From the human T2T-CHM13v2.0 reference genome, Homo sapiens, in the NCBI RefSeq assembly GCF_009914755.1, contig NC_060935.1: a DNA stretch of 64,000 bases. One strand, written 5' to 3'. Both the position numbers and the translations under genes were made by a program. The notes beneath the pieces are model-generated. The model saw only the letters and a list, made by a program, of their open reading frames with translations, had not been told where the DNA came from and made no database searches. This document shows, piece by piece, positions 39,673-51,933 of this stretch (position 1 is its first letter; every line of letters begins with the position of its first letter).

Positions 39673-42319
39673 TAAATCTAAAATATTTCTAAATGATTGG
39701 ATTATGTCTGAGGACCTTCAGGTGCCGAGACCTGAGGTCACATGAAAAGCCGTAAAAGATCAATAAAAAGGGGACCAAGAGGATCAGATTTGCACACGGT
39801 ATGGGGGGAGAGGAGATGGGGGATGGGAGATAAGTAGAAAAACATCCAGTCCAAGGTTTGTTTTAGTGCATCTCACATATAATTTTAAAATGTGGTGGAG
39901 GAAAAACAGTAAGACTTCATTCTTCATCCTCTTTTCCTACCATCCCACCCCAAATTAATCCGATCACACTTTTGATTTTCTTCCTGAGTGAGGAGGAATA
40001 CTGCAGACAAGGAAGCAGGAAGTTGGGGCTGAATATTGAGCAACATCATGGAGCAGACAAGACTTAATCCCTCAAAAATGGAAAATGTAGACCAAAAGTT
40101 TATATATATATATAGTAACCATATACAACTGTATAACCATATATATGGGGAGACAGAGAGAGACAGAGAGAGAAAGAGAGAGATTCATCAGCAAGGCAGC
40201 AAGAACACCCCACAAGGTTTAGAAAGCCTGCATCCTGGCTTGGCTCTGCTAATGAGGTTAACTTCTTGGGTGAACTTCAGAAAAGCATTTCACCTTTGAG
40301 GACTCATTTCTCTGACTTATAAAACTGGGAAAGAGGATTGAACTAGACGATCTTTAAGATATAGCTCTAGCACTATAACCCAAGTCCTAGCAACAAAAAA
40401 ATGTCATGTGGGTTTTTGCATGTGAGCAAGTGTGCATGTATACCAAGAAGTTCTCCCTAAAAATTAACCTTTGAATTGGTTCCCAAACAAACCAGAGCTC
40501 ACTGTGGATTTCAGAGTCTTCTGGGCCCTGACTTTGTCGTGGCTTCTCTCCCCAGGCACCCATTTACTTGGCTGCAGCATGAAAGCACTTTAGAAGGAAG
40601 GGAGGGACTCAACCTGGCAGAAGAAGTCAAAAATGTTCTGAGCCTGGAAATAGCTCTCTGAGCAGCAAAATCTTCCAGCATCCACTTTCTGAAGTGACCC
40701 TGAGAGGAGAGGAAGCTCTAGGTGCATCCCCATCTTCTTAATGGCTGACTGGTTGGGGTGACTATGTTGGAAAGTGAAACTAATCTTCCCTGCTTTCTCT
40801 TCTAGAAAGGAGAGGACATTTTCTGTCTCTTCCCACACCAGAGAAATCTTGTAGAAATCACTTCCCACCCTTCTGTCCACTCCTTCTCTCTCACGTGAGT
40901 AGAACTAATTAAGCTCAATATTCCAAGTTTGAGGTCAACAGACCATATTTGCTATTGTATGGAGTTGCATACCTGGAAAGCAGGGGTCAGTTCAGCAGTG
41001 TCCTTTTCCCTGATTGTGGCCTTCTCGGAGGCTTAGGTGCAGTGGACTTTCATTTCCTCTCTCTGTGCAGGCACCCTGCACACTTGGACAAGGTGTTGAT
41101 ATAGTGTAGGAAGTAGGATACTTCATTTTGACTTCAGCATCAACAAAAAAGCTGTGTTGTACCATTACTCAAAGCCTTGCATTTTGGGCTGGGAGGGTTA
41201 TTGCCCAGAGAAACAAGAGGGCTCTTCAGTTCTCAGTTTGCTGGTGATCTCTGTGTGTCTCCATTGATCAGGTCTCTGGAAGGAAAGAGGAGAAAGATAG
41301 GAAGGCCCAAGCATGTGTCACCATCAACAGTGTCTGGATCAATCCCACCTCTGACTCCCCATTTTTAAACACTATTGCTACCGTAGTGGACTGAGTGCAC
41401 CTCCAAACTCAGTGTGCAGTTCCCTGGGTGCATAGACCGCTGTAAGATTTGTCTCAGCCCTGTGTCCTGACCTTCGGCACGACGTTGTCTTGACTGGTGC
41501 TGCAGAGCTTGTATTTGCTGAACATTGCTAGCTGTCTGCTGCTACCTCTTCTTGGAAAAAAAAAAAATATATATTATTGCTGTGCCTGATCTTCTCCCGA
41601 ATGGAGAGCTAGCAATTACCATTCACCAGGTGGCTCTAAGCTTTTTCTTTGCTTTTAGGGGCAGAAGCAACTGACTGAAGCATTAAGCTCATTAAAACTA
41701 CCCCATGTAGTATGAACATGTCATGGGTCTTTTTCTACCTGCTTCCAGGAGGCGAACATCTCCCCCTCAGTAGTGCTCAGATGGGATTAACTAGCTCTGC
41801 GGCCCTACACAGGTATTGCCCTGGACTCAGCACATTCTGACAACTGCTGCTGATCTGGAATGTGTAGTCAGTTTCCCAGCCACATTCATGGTACCCTGTG
41901 CCTGCTAGTTAGGAGGGGATTCAGTAGTGCTTCTCCAGATTAGCAAACCATCCTGAGGGATGTGAGTGAGGTAGTGAATCCTATGTCTCATGTTTTTAAA
42001 GTTTCCTATATACATAACCTGACTTACATATATGCATGTGAATCCAGGGCATTCTTCAATATCCCCCCGTGCTGTCTGCCAGGTGCAGAGACCCTGTCTC
42101 AGTTACATTCGTTCATGTATCAAGCCCCTGAATCTCCAGAACTGGTCTCCAAGATCTTCCTACAGCCCCTATTCAGGTTGATTTTTTTGTTTGTTTTTCT
42201 CAACTTTCTTCTTCCCCTGTCTCTCCATTACATTAACAGAGATAATCATTATTAGCATGATAAATCTGGATTTCACATTTTTCCTGTGTGAAAACTCACT
42301 GATACATCTCTCTTTCATC

Positions 42320-42415
42320 TGTCCATCCACCCATCCACCCTTCCAACCATCCACCCATCCATTATTAGCTTGTCTATCTACTTCTATCTACCTACCTACC
42401 TACACACATACACAG
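42320..42415 (+). repeat. (CCAT)n/(CCTA)n simple repeat
   Basis: CCATCCACCCATCCACCC...CTACCTACCTACCTAC. Confidence 0.7.
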
Positions 42416-42589
42416 TCCAACACCTGTCCACATTTTAAAGCTTCCACTGTATCTTTTGATGAGTTTAAGCCTCCGGAATGTGTAGGCCAGATCTGTTTCC
42501 TAGTGCATATCTATAAAATGCCAACTCTCCTCCCAGATGGGAGAATTGAGAACCGTGATGAAAGCTGCTGGGTCTGCCCTGCCCTCTCT

Positions 42590-42795
42590 GTGTGCCTGGT
42601 ACTGTGCTCATCACTCCATCTAGTTCCTCTCACCTACTCCTCATGAGCCTGTGACAGAGCTGCTAGTGTCATTTTTGCTATGTAGTGGGGAACAATAAAG
42701 CCTGGAGCAACTCGCCTGAGTTCACACAGCTGGGCAGTGGCTGAGCAGTGGCTCAAACCCTGTGTGTCTGACTCCATGGCCCGTGCTCTCCAGCA
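42590..42795 (-). mobile_element. MIR SINE
   Basis: GCAACTCGCCTGAGTTCACACAGCTGGGCAGTGG...CTCAAACCC...GTCTGACTCCATGGCCCGTGCTCT. Confidence 0.7.
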
Positions 42796-43847
42796 CAATT
42801 ACTTATTGCATCCTGATTCAATTGTCATTCTCTGTTAGGAACCTATTTTTTATTTCATTTTGTTATATTTCTTATTCTTAGGGCAAGGAGCTCTAGAATC
42901 TCATTTTTGATCCCTCTAAGCTTAATGGCAGAGCTTAGAAGTAATACTTATCTGTGGCAAACAGTTTCTGAAGTATTAGGAGAAAAACAAAACATAAATA
43001 AAAACAAAAAATAAAGAAAAATCCACCTCAAATATATGCTGGCTTGCACAAAAGGCATCTACTTGAGCCTAAATCACAAAAATCTTATTTTTTTCCTTTT
43101 ACAGATGTAATTCTCACATATGTTCATTATGAATTTATAATGAGGGCCCAGAACAGATGGTGCAGACTTAAAATGACATACACTGTGAGCCCTGCTTCCT
43201 GCAATGGGCGGGGCTGCTGCTGCCCTCCCCTAGGAAGGACTCTCGTGTGTATGTGGTGATGGGGAGGAGAGGATGTCTGCAGAGAGGCCCCTGAGGCCTG
43301 CCTGGCCTGCGGAGGGGCTGGGTAGGAAGCTGCTGGGCACAGGCCACATTTAGCTAGATCTTGGAGTGGAAGTTTGGAGCTGATCTCTGTACCTTTTACA
43401 GCTTTCTTGGTGTCCTAATTAATATCCTAATGCTGCAGGGTTAGAGCCAGGGAGTTTATTTAGCCCAGAGTTAGTTCAGGCAGAGTTATGGAGGTGACGG
43501 GCAGGGCTTGAGCCTGGAGTCCATGAACCCCCTAACAGGAGCTCACTCACGATGACCTAAGAAGGAGCACTCCACCGGACTCTGTGGCTTGGTGCTGTTC
43601 CACTCTGAACTCACCTCTTCTTCCAGTGAGATTGGCCTGCTCTACCTTTTATGCCCAGGGCTGGTGGCTGGGGTGGGGTCACTCACATCAGTGATCGGGT
43701 GTATTAGTTCATGCTGACCATATTTATGGAGCAGGGTGTCTGTCACATGTTGACACATGTGTCATGCCACTTTATATGCACTCTTTCAAATTATGCATAC
43801 TTGTATATATTTTGTATCTCATTTGAAGTGACATAAGATTTGAATGG

Positions 43848-43988
43848 ATGCCTGGCATGGTGGCTCACGCCTGCAATCCCAGCACCTTGAGAGGCCGAAG
43901 TGGGCGGATCACCTGAGGTTGGGAGTTCAAGACTAGCCTGACCAACATGGAGAAACCCCATCTCTATTAAAAAAACAACAAAAAAAAC
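43848..43988 (+). mobile_element. Alu left arm only (AluSp/Sq-like)
   Basis: GCCTGGCATGGTGGCTCACGCC...GGGAGTTCAAGACTAGCCTGACCAACATGGAGAAACCCC followed by an A-rich stretch. Confidence 0.88.
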
Positions 43989-44600
43989 TGAAGGTCTTTT
44001 TGCAGGTGGGAATTTTTAAAAATCTGACAGATGAACTAACATTATTTCTCCCACCTGCCAGTAACATGTGCTATGAAAGGAGGAGAGGCAACTATTAAAT
44101 TGCATCTGCTTGCTGGTGAGGTTGCATTCGTTGATTTAAAACATAAATAGTAGAACTTATATTTATGTAAGATGTGCCTCACAAACTTCACATTATAAGG
44201 CCCTATTGCATTATCGATAATGAAATAAACATTTGGTCCCTGTTATATTCATAGGCTTTTGGAAGTGTTTGCAACAACACAAACTTTTCTGGACAGAGGC
44301 AGTTATAGAATACATAGCATATGAAACAGCACGGCTGTACTGCAATGTGGGTCTACACTCTCGGCAGTGGACTGGGGATCCAGACCCACGGGTTCTAGTG
44401 TTGGTGCCGCATTTGCGTCACGGCAGCTAAGTTGCCACCATCTCAGGTTGGTCTTCATCAGCTAAACGAATATTGTGAACTCGATGCTTCTTACTTCAGA
44501 GAAATGTTGTGAGATCAAATGAGGGAGCATGGTCAAAAGCCTTTGGTAAATTTTAAAGTGCTTTACAAATGTCTGTGGTTTCTAGAATATCATATTAATA

Positions 44601-44828
44601 CAGGGTTTCTTAACCTTGGCACTATTGATATTTTGGGCCAGATAATTCTGTTCAGGAAAGGAAGGCTGTCCTGAGAATTACAGAATTTTGAACAGCATCT
44701 CTATCCTTAACCCTTAACTGTCCTTAACGAGGTGCTGGTATCACCCTCAGTTGTGACAACCAAAAATATTTCTAGACATTGCAAGGTGTCCCTTTAGGGA
44801 GCAAAATCATCCCCAGCTGAGAACCACT
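44601..44828. mobile_element. MER20 DNA transposon
   Basis: CAGGGTTTCTTAACCTTGGCACTATTGATATTTTGGGCCAGATAATTC...GTTGTGACAACCAAAAAT...CTGAGAACCACT. Confidence 0.88.
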
Positions 44829-45066
44829 ATGTCACTATGACGTAGCTTCCTCATCCCGGACTTTATTAAGAAGAGAGGCAGTGTTTAAGGAGATCAGATT
44901 CTTAGTCCCTGTTTTCACAGGAGGTTTTAAGAGCAGACTGACAAGGGTTTTATTCAGAGAAAGAAGCCATGGACTGAAGATATTCATTTAAATTATAATT
45001 TGTTGACTATCAACTATAGATTTATCCACATGCAAAGTGATCACCATTATGTTGAAATGCCAGGGG

Positions 45067-45425
45067 GGTCTGGGCGCAGTGGCTCAGGTCTGTAATCCCA
45101 GTCCTTTGTGATTATATAATACATATATTATATATCATTATAGTTATATAGTTATAATTTTATGACTCCTGACTTGAGACCAGGAGTTCAAGACCAGCCT
45201 GGGCAACATAGTGGGACCCTGTCTCCATAAAAAGAAAAAAAAAAAAAAACTAGCTGGGCAGCATGGCATGTGCCTGTAGTCCTAACTGCTTGGGAGGCTG
45301 AAGCAGGAGGATTGCTTGAACCCAGGAGTTCAAGGCTGCAGTGAGCTATGATCACGCTACTGCACTCCAGCCTGGGCTATAAAGCAAGAAGATCCTGTCT
45401 CTTAAAAAAAGACCAAAAAAAAAAA
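45067..45425 (+). mobile_element. AluJo-like element with a ~63 bp AT-rich replacement in the left arm
   Basis: J diagnostics CCAGGAGTTCAAGGCTGCAGTGAGCTATGATC; foreign segment at 45109-45171; flanking AAATGCCA duplicated. Confidence 0.9.
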
Positions 45426-46109
45426 TGCCAATGGAAGGAGGTATGGTGTTCACCTTCAGAAACAAGGCAGTTGTCCAGATCGAAGCCAGGGTAGTTGGCA
45501 AGTAAAATTCTAGTGATGAATAAAATCTAGCCCAGAGTAAATGGGAGAAAAGAATGTCTTAGCAAAAACAAAGCAAAACAAGTTAAGAACTTACCAGGCC
45601 TTATCATATTTTTTAATGACTAAGCAATGAGGCAATTAAGAAAAGCTCAATACAAAAAATAATGCAGAATTATAAACTCAAAGCAGATTCTTAAGTTTTC
45701 AAATCTATGTGGCAGGCATTAAGCCTATTGCATTCCTAAAAGTGACCACTGAGGATGGGTTCTATGATGTGAACAGTCCCCCAGGGTCTTGGATTGTTGT
45801 GCCAGATGGTGTAAGCAGGTTTGAATGAGTGGAGGAGAGCAGAGGGGAAAGCTGGGGTGATACCATAACAGGATCACAGTTTAGTGTCGATCTCCCTCAG
45901 TTAACATTGACCTTGGATGTGTTGCTTAAACTCCATGAGCTTTGGCCTCCTCATATGTAGATTGGGAAGAATAAGCTTAATGATACTTTTGAATATGAAG
46001 ATGATTCTCATGAGTCACCATTTATAGAATATGCACCCAAAGTGTCTAGTTAAGAAATGGGATGCAGTGGCAATAGCTGCTCAAGCTATGACTACTGTCA
46101 GTACAAGTA

Positions 46110-46360
46110 CTAATAATAACAGCTAATATTTATTAAGCTCATATTGTTTGCTAGAAAACATGCCCAGTCTTTTGCATGTGTTATGTTCTTTCTTAGTTCC
46201 ACAGAACAATTTTTACAAGATGATTACCCATAATAATTTTCCAGATGAGGAAACTGAGGCTTAGAAAAAGGTTTCCTGATCAAGATTATACATGTGCAAA
46301 ACAGTGAAGCTGGAATTTGAAGGTGAGCTCCTGGTCCCCAAGGCCTACCCTCTTATCAAG
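46110..46360 (-). mobile_element. MIR SINE
   Basis: TAATAACAGCTAATATTTATTAAGCTC...CAGATGAGGAAACTGAGGCTTAGA. Confidence 0.8.
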
Positions 46361-47590
46361 CATGTCAGCAAGAGCTTGACACCTGCATCTCTAGCATAGC
46401 TTCTTATTTGTATGTCTGTTCATTCTTCATTCATCCTCTTTAAAACGGACCTTGGCTTTAGACATTATTCTTATGCCTGAAGAATAGTTTATCTATTAAT
46501 AGAAAAGAAAAGAGGATTGAGGGATTGATTTTCTCTGAAGCACCTACAGGCATGTGGTCTGGAAAGGCCATTGGCATGTGCCTTGCCTGAGTCAAGCTAT
46601 CTTTTCTGAGTACTCTGCAACCCCCTTCCTTATCTGCATCCTTCTGCTGAGTAGTACCATCTATTACATTGCCTCCAACCCTACAATATCTTGCTAGGGC
46701 TTTGTTGCTTTCTCTCCTTCCGCTAAACCTGTTTCTAAGAAGAGATGTGATCAGTTTATTCGTGTCAGGGCAGGAAAGTCAATGGAAGCTTACCATGAAC
46801 TCTTCTGAGGTGCATTTGAAGTTTTCAAAAGAATTTTAAGTCAAATAATTTAATTTAAGCATCAATAGCCCAGTAAACTATGTATTTCATGAGTAATAAT
46901 GCCTTGGAGAGCTTTCCATGTGTTCTGTTCACCGTATTGGTCCTGAGATCATTCTATAGTTATGAAAAAAGCCATGCTCAATGGTACCCCTATGAAGTGA
47001 GCTGAATATTGTGGTATCAATGTTGCTGAATTTAGGGGAAAATAAGTATTTTTGTTGTCAGTTAAATTTAGTGGACCAACAATTATCCTTCTATTCTCCC
47101 AAGTTTGGGACCATTTGAGGGTAAATACAGAGATCAGAGATGAAATTTTAAAACTTTATATATTTGGAGAGGAAATAGTTTAGAGACTGTAGCTTTAGAC
47201 TTACTGCCAAGAGCACTAACTTCACCCCAGAAACAGACAGACTTACGGGCCTTTTACTCACTATCATTGCCCCCAGCTCTCCCATAGGGGTATGAAGGAG
47301 AGCAAATACAATGAGGGGTAGAGAGAGAAGCCAGGTGCATTTTTCTAGTGTAAGACATAGAAACAGATAGCCAGAGAAGTGATGTGGCTTCTTTAACACC
47401 GCCGACTTCTGGTCACCTGCGCTTCTAATTCTACAAGATACTTGCATATAATGTATACACTGACTATACATCAGTATTTTTCCATGTGCATTCTTGTGAA
47501 TGATTGTAAAACCAAAGTAGGAATGACTACAATAAAACAAGTTTGAACAAGCCTGGCTTTTTTTTTTTTTCTAGGATTTCTCTGAGCCAA

Positions 47591-48291
47591 TAATGCATAA
47601 ACGTATGCTGTAAGTGGAGGTTGGTCACCACTCAGACTTTGCCAAACATATGTGCTTTTTCTTTTCTCCTGGGACATCAAACACACCTTCACAAATTCTG
47701 TCTCAAGCTAATTGTGGAGGAGGGGGTTATTTTTTAAATTAGTAAACCATTCAAAGAACACTGGAACTCTGCTAATGGAAAGGAAGTCATGAAAAAATTA
47801 GCTAAGTTGTCCTCATCTAGCATGAGAGAAAGACCAAGACTGACATTTTGGTGTGGCATTCTGTTATATCACAAGGATATTTGTATAAGGCACGTGCAAT
47901 GCAGAGTTTTTTTTATAGCTTTTGAACCAAACATATGTATAAAGTATGTATGTGCATACATAGATATATACATTTATACACATACACATATGGGTGTGAG
48001 TACACATACACAAGTGCGTAGTGTGTTGTGTGTGTATGTATATGTGTGTGTGCCTGTATATACATACCATATATACATGTATATATATAGATACGCATAC
48101 CATATTATGCATAAATATACACTGTAAGAGGTTGTTCACCACTCAGACTTTGCCAAATATATGTGCCTTTTTTTTTTCTCCTGGGACATCAAACCCGCCT
48201 TGATAAATTCTGTCTCAAACTAATTGTGGAGGAGGGTTTTATTCTCTAAAGTAGTAAGCCATTCAAAGAGGACTGGAACTCTACTAATGGA
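47591..48291 (+). repeat. ~190 bp direct repeat (47591-47779 and 48105-48291)
   Basis: Shared TCACCACTCAGACTTTGCCAAA...TTCTCCTGGGACATCAAAC...AAATTCTGTCTCAA...CTAATTGTGGAGGAGGG...CCATTCAAAGA...CTGGAACTCT...CTAATGGA. Confidence 0.95.
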
Positions 48292-49539
48292 TACCTACCA
48301 TATATATATATATATGGTATGTATATACACACACACATACACAACATGCTACATATACTACATATATATATGTATAGTTTCCAGATTATAAAGTGATTAT
48401 TTTTATTTTCTGCTTACTTCGTTCTAGCTGATATCCCATGTAAATTTCCATTTTTCCCTCCTGTGATTTGGGACAATTTTACTAATTTGATGAAGCTCCA
48501 TATGATCCATATGATCTTGGTATATGCAAGTAAATCAAAGGTCTAGTTTATATGATTGTTGGAGAAAGAATCCCCTTTGATGTTAATATTGCCAACAGCT
48601 CTTTTGTAAAGAATTGCATTTTATTTTGTGCTGTTTAATAGGAGAGCTGAATCCCGTCCCCTTGGTTCTAAACTCCAATGGAATGTTAAGATAACTGGCT
48701 CTAGGACCATACCTAGGCCCTGCTCAAAGGTTCGGGGGCTGGCCAGAAGGGAATTGAACCCTAGTGAACTCTCCAAGAGCCCCAAGGTTATCACAGCCTC
48801 CTTATGACAGTTGCCTCAAGCCAGAGACCAGTGTCCTTCATAATTGATTTTTCTCCAGTTACAAAACTTTTTGTTCTTGCACAAAGTTTTTCCCCATGAA
48901 ACTTGTGTGTCTTTTTAGGTGGAAATGTGAGAGATTGGGAGAGGTGATGATCTAGAAAGAGATGACTACATATCCTGGTTATCCTTCCAAGTATCATTTA
49001 AATGCTTCTTCTTATTATAGTGCTTGTACTTGAGGACAGTGTCACACTTCCACAGCAATGTAGTTGTAGTTGCGATGGCACTTCCATTATAAACCCCTGT
49101 TTTCAGGCGCTCATGACAGCCTTGGCAAAAATCACTCTTTGGGCTGAAATTTCTCATATCCGTTCTCACCTCAGAGGTGAAATTCTTGTTTTGAATGTCT
49201 GGCAGAAAGCTCTGTATCTGTGACTGTGTAAGTCCTCTCCGATGGCCCATGGGGGTGGGAGTCAGGGAGCTAGGAATTTAATAGGAATGAGGTCTAGGAT
49301 GTTTAGGGTCCTCACTGGCATGGTATTTGGGAATTGGGACCCCACGATCACTTTGTGGACCCTGCTCTGGAGTAACCATGTGATTCTGCAAGTGACCCTG
49401 ATTCCTGGGTACTGAAGATACTTTATTAACTCTAGAAGCAGGTCAGTGAAATGATTCTTCAGGGAAAGAATGATTCTCACCACATCCATCTAGGTACACT
49501 ATGTGGAAGGAGACAGTAGTCTAGGGCTACAGTGTGGCC

Positions 49540-50025
49540 TCACCATCTTTTTCATTTCTCTATGCTATTATTCATCCAGATTTTGCAGCCTGGAATCCCT
49601 TTCCTGCCATATTCTACCAAAGCTTTAATCCAATTCATATGCCACCTTCTCTGCGAAGCCCCTGACTTGTCTTCTCAGTTGAATTTCTTCTTCCTTGGTA
49701 TTCTGATAGCATGGTATTTGGACTACTGATGTAGCACTTATTTGCTTTTATCTCCTAGCATCCTAATTTATGTGTCTTCTGCTATGCCCCACTCTGCTAT
49801 TAGCTTGAAAGCTTCCTGAGGAAAAGGACTCTTGAACTTCTGTAGACATTGCAATACCTTGTGTAAATTGAGTGCTCAATAAATGCTTGTTAGATCAATT
49901 CATTTCATTATCACCACTTACTGAACAACAGCTACATGCCTAGCACTCTTTGAAGCAATAGGACAACTTTTTGAGATTTTGAACCAAAAAACCTAAATAG
50001 ATATGGTTCTTGCCCTCCACAAACA
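49540..50025. mobile_element. Two L2 3' ends tail-to-tail (+ to ~49900, - after)
   Basis: CCTGGAATCCCTTCC...GTGCTCAATAAATGCTTGTT, then CACTTACTGAACAACAGCTACATGCCTAGCACT...ATATGGTTCTTGCCCTC. Confidence 0.65.
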
Positions 50026-51913
50026 TGCAATTTTAGGTGCATAGCAAGGCTGCAGACAAACCCATATTTAAAATATAAAGCCAGCAGACCAATAGAAGAC
50101 CTAGTGGTAGAGTTTCAACACCTGATTTCCATGGACAATACCTGTTTGAATGGGAGATGGCATGTGTGCGTCACCGAGTGGACCACGGTTGAGGAAAGAA
50201 TCCACCAGAAGCTCTCTGGCCTGGATATCTCTGCTTCATTAAGGTAATTGGAAGCTTTATAAGAAAGCCCTCAACAGAGGTGAAACCAAACTGTTTTCTA
50301 TGGTGGTTTTCAAATTGTTCTTGAAATAAACTAAATTGTTGTTAGATCTATGGCAAACGTCAGCACTTTAGCAGCAATTTACTTGGGGAGAACGCATATT
50401 CTTTAAAATGGGCAGGCTATACTGTGCCCTTGTTCATGTAAGATTATTGAAAGTAAAGATGACTTGAAATACAAAGTGTGTCTTAAAGTGAGGTTTTAAA
50501 ATATCTTTCCTGCCCCATTTTCAGCACGTCTATTATTAATGTCTCTGCAACGATTGATTTCAGCTGTTCCTTGTCTCTTCTTGTGTCTCTGTTGTACTGA
50601 ATTTGAGGTTTGTTCTGCTGAGGAGACCCAGCCTATCAGGGAGGATGTGGGAGAAGGATCAGAGCCAGCACTTGCTCCTTTAATTCTGTCTGGCATGTCG
50701 CTACCTAAAATGATACCAGGAGTCAGCTCGTGGATGAGCCCTTGTAAGTTCTCGCCCCTGTGCAATTGCTGCATTTGTTACCTTATTATTGAACAAGCTG
50801 TCTCTTTGGATAGAGTGCCCCTCCAGTCAATTTCCAAATGGATTTGGATGTTGGAAGATCATCTCAGCTCCTGTGATTAAATCCAACTCAGGATTTAAAA
50901 ACAGGCATTTTGCTCATTCGGATAATTAACTAAAGCTTATCCCACTTTATCCCAAATCCCTGTTGACCTATTTTAGGTGTAATGTTTTAGGAGTTGTGAT
51001 CCAGAGGTGGAAATGGAGTCAATCTGCAGCATCTTATCACCCTCTCAGTCCTGGCTTCCCCTCCCCAAATTTCCTCCTTGATAGCCTGACTATCCCACCT
51101 GGAAGTTAGACTGAGTTCAATACTCTTTTTTTAGAAAGCCCGCCAGATGCAAGCTTGGCACTGGGACTCTAGTGGAAAGGAGCACTGGGACTGAATGAAT
51201 CAGAGAGGCTCTGGCTCACCTTGAAGGCACTGAATACTTCCATCCACACGACCTTGAAAATGTTAGGTGTGCATGCTCAAAGCAGTACAAGAAAAATGTC
51301 CCATTCTCTAGCAGTGCTAGCCATTGCCATGCTGAAAACTTCCTCTATCTTTACTCTCCACTTTCCCACCACCCCCCATCACAGCCAGATGCATGCGAAC
51401 ACATGGACACACATGCTTGCACAGAGTCAAGGGAGGGAAAGGAAAAGGAATAACAAAGGAATCCAGCAAGAAGGTCTGAACACTCAGATAAAACAAAGCC
51501 CATCCACTCCACTCTATTCTTTCCTTAACTCCAGAAGGAAAAGTAAGACAAGCAAATGACCCAACTAATTTTACGATTGTGTAATAAGGCAAAATAGCAT
51601 GGAAATGGTCATGGAGAGTTGTTCTTTACATAAAAACGTTTTACTGTTGCATGGCAGGCTCAGCTTCTTTTCCTTCCTTCCCACTTTTCTGACCTCTGCC
51701 GTTATCTCTAGATTTATCAGCAATACTAGATGGCTTTTTCACATCAGTAAGCACCATCCAAAATATAACAATCAGAAAGAATCAGAGTAAATAAATCAAT
51801 GTCCACAAACAACCGACCAATTTTGGCAAGTACAATTTATTCATAAAAGCTACAGTTCACTGGGGATTCTCTTGTCTTGCATCCACAATGCCCTTGATTC
51901 AGATGCCAGCCTG

Positions 51914-51933
51914 GTGAGCACCAGGTGGCAGCC
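51914..51933 (+). promoter_or_regulatory. Candidate CTCF motif
   Basis: GAGCACCAGGTGGCAGC differs from the core CCASYAGRKGGCRS at one position; motif match only, no binding data. Confidence 0.35.

Noticed and set aside
43190-43700. GC-richer stretch as a promoter or CpG island
   Set aside because: It has few CpGs and no core-promoter arrangement I can support.
47789-48203. Tyr/Ile/His/Cys-rich ORFs
   Set aside because: Translations of (TA)/(TG)/(CA) low-complexity sequence.
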